A stretch of 64,000 nt of DNA, taken from contig JAAOMT010000054.1 in the NCBI GenBank assembly GCA_016748015.1, positions 1-64,000 of the forward strand, written 5' to 3'. Origin of the DNA: Geosiphon pyriformis uo1. Lineage: Eukaryota > Fungi > Glomeromycota. How positions within the stretch are numbered: the first letter of the stretch is position 1; every line of letters begins with the position of its first letter. Below are positions 41,343 through 52,698 of the stretch, piece after piece. Both the position numbers and the translations under genes were made by a program. The notes beneath the pieces are model-generated. The model was given only the letters and a program-made list of their open reading frames with translations, was not told the origin of the DNA and did no database searches.

Positions 41343-43332
41343 TTTTTGATAACTATATAGGTGATGAATTTTTTAGCTGTAGAAATGTATGTCAAAAATC
41401 AAGAAATTAAATAAATAAAATAACAACTTTCATCTCAATCATTCTCTTATTGCTAAATTCTCTTTCCCTACTTTCAAGTATCTGAACATTTTTTGGATAA
41501 AAGATTACTTGTTGGTGTTTACTTGTCTTTTCCTGAAATGTGTAATTGCAGCAATTGAAGATTATTGAATAAAATATGACTGAAGAGCACATCTGATACT
41601 TGATATTGAATTCTAAGAATGCCAACATGAGACATAGAATTATACCAAGTGTGATCATTTGTTGACAGTATGGACTATCCCTCTACCTTCAAATTCTCCA
41701 GTTACTTTAAAAGGAATAGCAACTGAGATATTTTATGAGACTGATCTCACACATTGAATCCATACTCATTTAATTCGCTCTTTGAAGTTGAATTCCCTTT
41801 GATTATTTTCATCACCCTATAATCTTGTTCTCCTTTGTTATCTGTTAGTTTGTTACTCTAACCCGTAATAATACTGTACATTATAAAAAAGAAAAAAAAT
41901 AGAAATGTTGATGGTTTGTCATGAATAAAACAAATCTAAAAACATTTCAACCCAAAAATATAACAAAAAATAAATACACAAAAATATTAACAATCTCAAC
42001 ATTATATTAATACTCAACTGTTCAAAAAAAAATTATCTTAAAAGAAACAAAACAATATAAAACAACAAACAAAATATTTTATTACTTATTAAAATATATT
42101 ATATCAGAAAAACAGAAAATACTCAGATCAACCACTTAGAATAATTACAAAGTCAAAGAAAGAAACAATATTATTCAACATGTATTTCAATTTAACAGCA
42201 GAACATTTTTATAAAAAAACAACCATAGAAAAAACCAGAAAAAGATACTATTGGCCAGCTATGTATTCAAATATTATCTAATATGTTCAAAATTTTAATG
42301 CTTATTAAAAAAGAGGAGAAACAAGATTCAGTAAACCACTAAGACCAATTAAAGTAGGACAATCATTTTATCAAATTGAAATTGACTTAGTTAGACTATT
42401 AACAATAATCAGTAAAGACAATTGTTATATACCAATAGCTATGAACTATTTTACAAAATGGCCAAAAACAAAAGCAATCCAAAGAGCAGATGCAAAATCT
42501 GTAGCCAAATTTGTTTATTAAGATTTGATTTATTAATACAAATATCCAAAAAAATTATTATCAGATCAAGAAGCTTACTTTGTAAACAAAACATTAACAG
42601 AATTAAGTCAAAGATTTGGAATCAAAAGATTACTATTATTATCATACCATTCATAAAAAATGGCTTAGTTGAAAGATTCAACAGAACATTGTGTAAAACA
42701 ATTGCCAAAATCAGCCAAGAAAACCAAGACAAATGAGATTTGTTTATATTATCAGTACTATTTGCTTATTAGACAATAAAGCAAAATACCATATAAGCAA
42801 CACTATTTGAACTTGTTTATAGTAGAACAATAATATTACCAGTTAAGATAGACATTAACATATATCTAACAAAACCAATAACAGAAGCCAACTTTTAAAA
42901 AACATTGTTGAAAAGAACATATAAATTAATAAAAACTTTGAAAAACAAAAGACAAAAAGCAGCTAATAATATTCAAAAATCACAAAAAAAATGACATGAT
43001 AATCAATTATTCAATAAACCAGTTGAATTCAAGACTAAAGACAAAGTACTTTTACATCATATCAAAGCAAAAAAACAATTAAGTAAAAAATTCGATCCCA
43101 AATAGAATGAACTATTTTACATTGAAGAAATTTAAGGAAATAAATTTTTTTTAAATTAAGATAGAACAACCAAATATTAGCTAAAGCAGCACATAGAAAT
43201 TGACTGAAATTATATTACAATATAGTATTATCATCTATTAGTAATATTCTACAATTGAAAGTACAACAAATACTAATCCAATCAGATAAAATCCCACAAG
43301 ATTTGGATCCAATTATAATTATTAACACAAAC

Positions 43333-44109
43333 ATGTTAAGTTGATCTACAAAAATAGTATATAAAAACATAATAAATACAACAACAACAACAATAAAAAA
43401 TGAAAATTCCAGATTACATTTACACAATGGCTTAACAACTATTCTAAGTCATAAATCTACAACAATTAAACATAAAAATTGTTATCAACTACCAAACAAT
43501 TTGCTATCAAAACACAAAAAAGAAAAAAAAACCCCCATATTAGTAATCACAGAACCAAACAAAGTATTGGTCAGATAAAATTATAGAGAAAGTAAAGAAC
43601 ACTTTTGAAAAAATACCAAAAATAATTTCAATAAAAGAACTAATCAAAGAAAACTGAAAGTTATAGACAAAACAACTTCTAATAGCATACCATTATTATT
43701 AGCTGAAACAAAAGCTAAATATCCAGAAATTATATATTGATAAAGCTAAAAAAATATTCAATCAAAAAATAATACAACAGATTGAAAAGTTTATTAAAAA
43801 AAGACAAATTCAAGAATATACATCAAAACAATTTACTAACTACACATTATATTTCAAAACTATCCAGAAATATTACTATATTAAAAAATAAAAACAATAA
43901 TTGTTAACTAGTAAAGAAGAATGAACAACTTTTAATATAAAAAGATAAGAAACAAAATTGAACAAACAATATTAGAAAGAGAAGTAATAAACTTAATTTA
44001 AAATAAAAATTTCAATAGAGCTCAATATTAAAAAGAAGAAGATAATGTTACTTATAAAAAATACAAAAAAAGAAAGCTGAAAAAACAGATAGGAAAAATA
44101 GACCAATAA
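43333..44109 (+). pseudogene. Family A accessory ORF3 remnant
   Basis: C-terminal frame KTIY*LHIIFQNYPEIL...EEDNVTY crosses the PPT and LTR start; heavily decayed, start uncertain. Confidence 0.5.
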
Positions 44110-44960
44110 GAGAATAGTACTTAATACATGAGTACAATATCAAAAAACTATAATATATTGTTTAGCAATGTGTATATTGCTAATAAATTATGACATACTG
44201 CTCAACAATAAGAGCAATATTAGTAAATTAGAGCACACTGTTTAGCAATATAAGCAATATTAATAAATTAGAGCACATTGCTTAAGAAAATATGAGATCT
44301 TATAAAACAAAAAATATGTATATATTGTTATGGGTTAGAGTAACAAGCTAATGGATAGCAAGGGAGAACAGGATTGTAGAGTGATGGAAATAATCAAAGG
44401 AGATTCAACTTCAAAGAGTGAATTAAATGAGTATGGATTCAATGTGCGAGATCAGTCTTATAAAATATCTCAGTTGCTATTCTTTTCAAAGGTAACTGGG
44501 GAATCTGAAGGTAAAAAGATAGTCTGTATTGTCAACAATTAATCACCACTGGTATAATTCTATGCCTCATGTGGGCGCTCTTAGAATTCAATATCAGGTA
44601 TTAACTTGTGCTTTTCAGTTGCATTTATTTAAATAATTTTCAAATGCTACAATTATATATATCAAGAAAAGACCAACAAGTAATCTTTTATCCTAAGATG
44701 TTTGGATACTTGAAGATAGGGAAAGGGAAATTAGCGATAAGAGAGTGATTGAGATGAAAGTTGTTATTTTTATTTATTTGATTCTTGTCTGAGAGATGAT
44801 TTTCTACAACTAAGAGACTTATTGCTTATATAGCTATTGAAAGTGGTCAACAACCAGGTCAACAACTAGGTCAATGATCAGGTTAATGGTCAGGTCAATA
44901 ATCACTATCTAAAAATAGAGTGGCTAATTATATGACATCAGTGGCTAACACATGTGATAA

Positions 44961-45616
44961 TTAATAAAAATTATGGGTTTCAACCATAACATCATCCTCT
45001 CCAAAGAGATTGAGCTCCGGTGAAATCAAGCTATTTATAGAGTATTTTAATTGAAGGGTTTTGTCTAACTTAAAACTAACTAGTTTGTTGAAGTCTTTTG
45101 TGGATAGAGTATATAGTACTTGAGGTGAAATAAGCTTTGTATCTAAGAGACCAAATCTTTGTATAAGAGTTTTGGCTTTTCTTGCAATGGTCAAAACTCT
45201 TGGAACATCTAAATATATAATGCCCAAAATTTCCACTTGTATTTCTGAAGTTGTTTTCTTCATGAGCTTCATTTTTTTTATGATTTCACCAAGATGACCA
45301 TAGAGTTTTAGTTGTCTTTTATATGACAAATTTTTGTCTATGAGCAAGATTTCCTTAATTGTTTTTCCAATTGTCATAGAAGGTGTAAGTATTGCTGCTG
45401 TTATGCTTTCTAGCAAATACTTATCCATTTTGCTACCAATTTTTTCTCTTCTGGTAGTGGTTTTCTTTAGTCTATAATAGTATGTGTTCCACTGTTATCA
45501 GTTATGGTGGTTTGTTTTCCAATGGTCAGAGTAGCATTTGAATAATTTTTGATTCAGTACTCATAAAGAGTATAGAAAGCATTTTGAATGTTTTGATCTA
45601 GGAAATAATTGTTCAT
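44961..45616 (-). pseudogene. Family B accessory ORF3 of B3 (stop + 1-bp deletion)
   Basis: ORF 44961-45428 MDKYLLESITAAIL...ELNLFGEDDVMVETHNFY plus the upstream MNNYFLDQ segment. Confidence 0.8.
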
Positions 45617-45657
45617 GTCGATTGAAGATACCTCTGTTTTGGGAATGGTGCATTTAT

Positions 45658-48600
45658 TTATATCTGATTTTTGTTGATCATTTGGGTTGGTATTACCACA
45701 ACAGGTAACCAATCAGGTCGTTTGTAATATTTCTTGAGTTGTGTGCCATGAACAGGGCAATCATTGAAGATTGTTCCATATTGATCTTGTAAGATATAAG
45801 AACCATTGTTCAAAACTTTGTTGACTATAAAGAGTCTTTTCCACTGGCTAGAGAATTTATCACCATAGACATTGTCTCTGTCTAAATGGTATTCTAAAAC
45901 TAAGTTACCAACACTTAAAGAAAGTGTTTTATATGTTTTCTTTTTCTTAAGCTTCTCTTGGAATTGTTTTATCTTTTCAAAGACAATTATCCGTGCTTCT
46001 ACTAATGAGTCAAAAATGGTACCAAGTCTTCTTTGCAAAGTGTCTTTGTAATTCCCTATTGTTATTTCTTCAAAGGGTATTGTCTCAATGTCAGTTTTTA
46101 TTGGTAGAGTTGCCATTTGTCTATAGAGTAGATAAAAGGGTTCATAACTTGTTATGTCATGATTTACAGTTCTATAAGTGAACAAAGCTGAAGGCAGTAC
46201 TTTGTCCCATAAGTTTGTTTCTTTGCTGGTTTTGGCTAGGGTTTCACATAGTATTCTATTAAAACGTTCCACTAGGCCATTTGTTTGGGGGTAATAAGGA
46301 GAGAAAAGTTTGTGACATATTCCCATTTTTCTGCAAAGTTCTTCAACAAGTGTACTGAGAAAAGCTCTTCCTCTGTCAGATAAAAGTTCTTTGGGGCAGC
46401 CATAGCGACAAATAATATTTTCATAAATGAAATTGGCTATTGAGACTGCTATTTAGTCTGGAGTGGCTCTTGCTTCTACCCACTTTGTAAGATAGTTGGT
46501 AGCTGTAATAATGTATCTGTTACCATCAGGAGTTATTGTTAAAAGTCCAACAACATCTATACCAATTCTGTTAAAGGGTTGACCAACAGAGATTGGATGG
46601 ATATCTTTTTTGCGATTGGGTTTTTCTCTTTTTTGGCAGATATTACAGGTTTTGATGTATTCAGCAATGTCTTTTCCTAAGATAGGCCAATAATAACGAG
46701 CTAGAGTTTTCTGAATTGTTTTTGTTTTTCCAAAGTGTTCAGCTAATGGATCAGTGTGCATATTGTAGATCACAATTTCTCTTTCTTCAAATCTGATGAC
46801 TCTTTGGGGGCAGTCAGGATCTTTTCTATTTCTTTTGTATAACTGGTTTTGGCGAATCAAATAGAAATTTGATTGTTTGTGCAAATGTTTTCTTTGTTGT
46901 TGTGTGTATTTTGGTGGGTATTGTTCTTTACCCAAAAATTCCATTAAGGCAGAGTAGTTGTCCAAGTCCATTATTGTGTTTGTCAAAAAGGGAAAATTAC
47001 TAATAATTAAATTGGTTTGGTTTGAGAGGGTTGTTCTGTTACTAGATGGTAAGTCTGGAAAGAATGTCAGCATTTTGATAATTAGCTCTTTTGCGATGTT
47101 GAATATCATAGTCGAATTCATCCAAGTGGAGTATTCAGTGAGTTATCCATTTGTGTTCTAGCCTCTTTTTGTTGTGCAGCCAAACCAAAACTTGGTGATC
47201 TGTTACCACCAAAAACTTCACACCAAGAAGATACTTACTCCAGTAACTGGTGGACCATACTACTGCTAAGCATTCTTGTTCAGTGACTGAATAGTTCTGT
47301 TCTATTGAGGAAAGGGTTCTACTGGCATAGGCTATGACATGTTTTTTGTCATCTTCATCTTTCTGGAAGAGAACAGCACCAAGTCCAAAGCCAGATGCAT
47401 CAGTATGGAGAATAAAGGGTCGATCTAGATCAGGTTGCTTGAAGATGAGTTCTGTAACCAGTTTTTTTTAAAGTTTCAAAGGCTTTTTGCTAATGTGTTC
47501 TCCAATAGTAATTGACATTTTTCCTGAGTAGCTGATTGAGAAGAGAGGCGATTTTGGAGAAATTCTTGACAAATTTGTAATAATAAAAGGCCAAACCAAG
47601 AAAAGAGTGTAGTTTATGAATGTTCATTGGTTGTTTGATGTTTTAGACTTTTTCAACTTTGGCTGGGTCAGGAAAGATTCCATCTTTTGTGATAAGATGA
47701 CCAAAGAACTGGGTGGATTGTTTTCCAAAGAAAAATTTGATTGGATTGATCTTGAGACCAGCATTTCTAAGGAGATCAAAAACCTTTTGCAAATGTTCCA
47801 GGTGTTTATCCTAGGTTTTTGAGTATACCATTATGTCGTCCAAATAGACTAGAACAAAGTTTTCCTTGACTGATTCAAATACTTTATCCATTAAGCGTTG
47901 AAAGGTGGGAGGGGCGTTGATAAGACCAAAAGGCATGACTGTGAATTCATAGGTGCCATACTTGGTGATGAAGGCAGTTTTCTTTCTGCTTTCTGGATCC
48001 ATCTCTACTTGCCAGAATCTAGCAGTTAAGTCAATGGTTGAGAAGAAAGCAGCATTTTTGAATTGGTCTAACATTGCATCAATCTTAAGAAGTGAGTACA
48101 TGTCTCTTTCAGTGATGGCATTTAATTGGCAGTAGTCGACACAGAAGTGTAGTGTTCCATCTTTCTTGGATACCACTACAACTGGGAAAGCCCATTCACT
48201 CTTGGTTTCTTATATGAATCCAAGTTCTTTTATCCGGTTTATCTTTTTCTTGATAAACTCATCATTGCACCAATTGGATTGATAAGGCTTCAAATGGATG
48301 GGTCGAGTTTCTCTGGTGGTGATGGTGTGTTGTATCACATGAGTATGTCCAAAGGTATCACCTTCTTTGGAGATAACTGGGTTATTTCTAGCCAGCAAAT
48401 TTTCAATGTCTATTTTTCTTTCTTCTGAGGAGGGTTTTTTTGTTCTATAACCAGTAATTGGATCTCAGATGGTTTATTTTCAAAGAACTTCTGTACTTCT
48501 TTCAATTCTTCTCTGGGTATCAAACTGATTGGTTTCTAATCTCTGTAATAGATCAGGCATGATTTGCATTTATCGCTTAGAGAATACAAGAGTTTGTTGT

Positions 48601-49729
48601 ACTAACACCAGACACAAGAACCATGCCACCAAAAACTGTATTTGGCTTTCTTGCCAGGTTTTCTTTCAAAAGTTCTTTTAAGGATATCATAATAAGGCCA
48701 GCAGATCAGCTTGCCATTTACAATGATTCCTTCTTTGTCTGCTTTAACATTATCCAGTGGTTTGTCATTGCTGGTGAAAGTGGTATAAGCGAGTTCAGCA
48801 GTTTTTTCTTGCTCTTTTTGTTCTTCTTCATTATCACTTTCTTTATCATCTGATTTATCTGATTGTGCTTCTTCTTGGTTTTGTTTGAGTACTGGAGAAG
48901 TTGTTTAATGGTGACACTTAACCACAATAAGTTTCTTACCACATCTGATGGTTAATTCACAAAGTTCATAATCAAGCAAAGCTTTTGCTTTCTTGAGCCA
49001 TTCATTGCCAACAATGATGGTGTATTCTTTGGCTTCAGAAACTTCCATGTCAGTTTCAATGCTGATTCCATTGATGCGGACAGGAACAGCTTTGGCAATA
49101 CCCAGTTCTTTCTTTTTGTTACCATGTATGTTGGTTATTGGTCTGGTGGAAGATTCATCAATCTTTCTACCAATTGCTTCCAAGAAGTGTTTGGCAATGA
49201 CACTAACAGATGATTCACTATTCAGAATTAAGTCAATGAAGTATCCAGCCATTTGGGCTTTACAAATCAGAGGTGTGACATTGCTGTTGTCAGCAAGTCC
49301 AGCTTGGCAAGAGTGCTTGTTGGTTTTTGGTGTCTTTTTTTTTGGAATCAAGGATTTGCAAAGATCCTTTCTGAACTGTGGGTGGGTTATTAACTGGCCA
49401 AAGGTAATATGTGCTGGGGTTTTCATGAAATCTTTGACAACGGAATAGGGTTCAGATTTTTGTACAATTTCTGGGGGTTCTAATTTTGGGGAATTCTTAA
49501 AAACTTTAGCCTTTGGTGGCTCATAGTTATTAGTGGCAGAAGTTGAGGCTTTGTTGGGGTCTAAAACGAAATCAGCCTTGGCTTTCTTCTTCTTTCTGGT
49601 TGGTTTTGAGGTGTTGATTGCTAGTTCATCCATGTTATGGTCATCATCAGTTAAGTTAAAAGCGTAAAAGAGGTTTTCTTCTGGTTGGCTTGCACTTTCA
49701 CTCTTTGAAGATGTGCCTACTAATTTAAA
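45658..49729 (-). pseudogene. pol of B3
   Basis: ORF pieces 48905-49633 (PR), 47811-48176 (RT, YLDD), 46453-47121 and 45658-46326 (integrase). Confidence 0.9.
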
Positions 49730-51267
49730 GGCTGATAAACAGTGGCTTCAACTAGGGAATCCTCTCCAAAGAAATTGATGTTGGCATGATTGGGTTTTTG
49801 ATTGGGGACATTGTTGTTGGGTCTGTTGTTTTGGTTATCATTGTTTTTGGAAGCTGGAGGAGGCAGTGGAGGATTGTTGCAATCTCTGGAAAAATGTCCA
49901 GTTAATCCACATCTATAATACACAAAAGAGCCACGATTTTGCTGTCTTTGGTAAGGAAGTTGCTGGGGCTAATTAAAATGGTTTTCAAATCTGGGTCTTT
50001 GTGATTGCTGGTTATCTTTGACTGCTTGGGCTAATGGTTCTAATAGCCGAGCAAGATTTGCTGTAAGTCTATCTATTAATTGTTCATTTGGATTTTGTGT
50101 CTGGGCAGCAAAAGAAGTAGTGGCCATTTGAGGAATAGGAGCCATAATAGGAGCAAGAGCAAAAACTGGAAGTGTGGATCCCAAATGTATTCTTTGATTG
50201 TCTTCAATTCTTTGGGTGAGTTCAATGGTCATATCCATGGTGGGATTATTTTTTAAAGCCAAGAGAGGCCAAAGAGCATATAATAAATCAGTTCTCAATC
50301 TTTTTGTGAAGGAGTAGATCTTTTGCTCTTCAGTCCAGTTTCTACCAGAGTCTACACGCTTGATGAGTTTTTTGATTGCTTTGGCATATTCGGTCACAAT
50401 TTCACCAGGACTTTGGGTTCTTCTTTCTAATTCCATACGCCATTTGGATATTAAGATAGGGGTTCTGAATTTGTTTTCAAACTGGGTAGTGAAAGAGGTA
50501 TTGTTTTCTCCAATATTTGCTGGGGTCCATCTAACAATTTTTTGTTGAGCACCAGCATTGGTTTCTTGTAAAAACCAGGTAGCAGAGGAGCTTTAGAGAT
50601 AGCCACCAACGATTTGGAACTTATATTCATCATCATACTGGTTTGCAGTGGCTGCTCTTTCAAAATCATCCAACCATTCAATTGGATCTTGGGCATCACC
50701 TCTGAATAGGAGTAGTGGAGTGTTGTTTCTTTGTCTCAAAGCAGTTTGTATGCCTTGGAAGACGGCCAGGATGTTTGCTTGTATTGGATTATGGGCCATT
50801 GGTTCAGAAGTTACTGTTTGAGTGGAATGTTCTAATTCACTTAAAAAGAGATCAAAAATAAGAGCAGTTTGGTAACTTTCTTCTTCTGTTTCAAGGGGAG
50901 TTATAGTTGATTGGTGAGCAGCAACCCAAATGTGTATTTGGTGATTCAGATATTCAAAATCAGGGGGCTGTTGTGTGAAAGTTGTAGAGTATAAAAGCTG
51001 ATTGATGCTATTATTTCTTTCTTCAAAGTTGTCTTCAAAATAAGCTTGGTCAAAGTAATAGGTTGTATAAGTTGTGTAGGTTTCAGCTGAATGCTCATTC
51101 AGGAACCAGTTCCAAAAGTCTTGAAATTGTCTGTTGGATTGTTTTTCAATGAGAAAGCAGATCAAGCAGGAGGGCAGAGAATTAAGTTCAATGAAATTTA
51201 AGTTGTTTCTGTTGTATACTGCAAAGTATTCTTCTGATTGCTATGGCAGATATGAGTAATCACCCAT
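49720..51267 (-). pseudogene. gag of B3
   Basis: ORF pieces 50593-51165, 49969-50436 and 49720-49923 (knuckle YYRCGLTGHFSRDC). Confidence 0.88.
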
Positions 51268-52698
51268 ACAATGAGTGAATAAGTGAATTTTGACAACCTC
51301 ACAGAGAGCACCACTTTTATGTTACAGGTTGGAGTAACAAGCTAACAAATAGCAAGAGAGAACAGGATTGTAGAGTGATAGAAATAATCAAAGGGGATTT
51401 AACTTCAAAGAGCGAATTGAATAAGTATGGATTCAATGTGCAAGATCAGTCTCATAAAATATCTCAATCACTATTCTTTTCAAAGGTAACTGGGGAATCT
51501 GAAGGTAGAGAGATAGTCCATACTGTCAACAATTGATCACCACTGGTATAATTCTATGCCTTACATCAGTGCTCTTAGAATTCAATATTAGGTATTAACT
51601 TGTGCTTTTCAGTTGCATTTATTCAAATAATCTTCAAATGCTACAATTATATACGTCAGGAAAAGGCCAACAAGTAATCTTTTATCCTAAAATGTTCAGA
51701 TACTTGAAGGTAGGGAAAAAGAAATTAGCGATAAGAAAGTGATTGAGATGAAAGTTGTTATTTTTATTTATTTGATTCTTGTCTGAGAGATGATTTTCTA
51801 CAGCTAAGAGACTTATTGCTTATATAGCTATTGAAAGTGGTCAATGACCAGATCAATGACTAGGTCAATGATCAGATTAATAATCAGGTCAATGATCAAG
51901 TCAACAGTCAGGTCATTGATCAGGTCAATGATCACTATCTAAAAATAGAGTGGCTAATTATATAACATCAGTGGCTAACACATGTGATAATTAATAAAAA
52001 TTATGGGTTTCAACCATAACAATATAATAAGAATATTAAAATCCAGTTTAGAATCAATCTTAGAATCAATACTCATAATTAATTAATTATTTCTTATTTC
52101 TTCCTTCAAAAGATGGTTTTTTATAATTTAAAGCAGAATCAAATTACATATCAATAAAATTATTAATTATTACTTAAATTTATGCTATTATTGTTTGATT
52201 AAGAAATATTCATCACTTCTACTTTATTAACACTTTATGTTGATAAAATCTAATACTTAACTATACTGAACCAATAGCTCTTAATTATGACTATTGATAG
52301 AATATTAATTTCTTATTTTCTTTTTTTATTCTTTTTTATTTTTTGTTATTTTTTTTGTTTCAATTTTTTGTTTACTAATTAATTAAAAAGATTAAGCACT
52401 GAATAATCTGACATTAAGGATAATCTGATAAAAAACCCAAAAATAAAGATAGAGAACTCGGAAATTGAAGATAGTTTACCAAAAGAGCATGATTGTCAAA
52501 ATAAACCAGCCACCACACTAAAGAAAAAATTTGACAGAATAATTATTTTGAAAGACTACTAAAACAACCATTAAATCTCTGTTTATTATACAAAGAACTT
52601 TACTAAAACTTTTAGATATTACTAACATTATCAAGCTATTGAGCACCAAGTTACAAATTTGTTATTTGTTTTTATACTCCAAATAATCATCTGTAATA

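Larger units (their letters stand above)
34125..41870 (+). mobile_element. Full-length Ty3/Gypsy family B copy B2 (LTRs 34125-34801 and 41134-41870), inactivated
   Basis: Paired LTRs, TSD ATAT/ATAC, PBS 34808-34824, gag-PR-RT-RH-IN order, PPT GGAGAGAATGA. Confidence 0.95.
44326..52021 (-). mobile_element. Full-length Ty3/Gypsy family B copy B3 (5' LTR 51320-52021, 3' LTR 44326-44991), least decayed copy
   Basis: Perfect ATAT TSD, PBS 51297-51313, intact YLDD, PPT GGAGAGGATGA. Confidence 0.95.
30823..52698 (+). mobile_element. Ty3/Gypsy family A copy A2, 5'-truncated, split by B2 and B3 (pieces 30823-34124, 41871-44325, 52022-52698)
   Basis: Homologous to A1 16797-17204 at its start. Carries dUTPase, RT YLDD at ~33388, RNase H continuing across B2, integrase ~42180-43250, PPT AAAAAGAAGAAGATAA, and a 3' LTR starting at 44046 and resuming at 52022. 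Confidence 0.82.

Noticed and set aside
23301-44542. Recurring antisense ORFs in LTR-B (MDSKEKQDC..., MITLGIILC...)
   Set aside because: They recur only because the LTR is repeated; short, with variable starts and stops and no recognisable motif
45658-45900. Chromodomain at the integrase C-terminus
   Set aside because: Protein ends shortly after the GPF/SH3-like module; no aromatic-cage motif
13209-52698. A1 and A2 as the two halves of one element
   Set aside because: They overlap by ~400 bp of divergent homologous sequence, their U3 regions differ, the flanks (TTAG vs CTAT) are not a TSD, and the flanking LINEs are in opposite orientations
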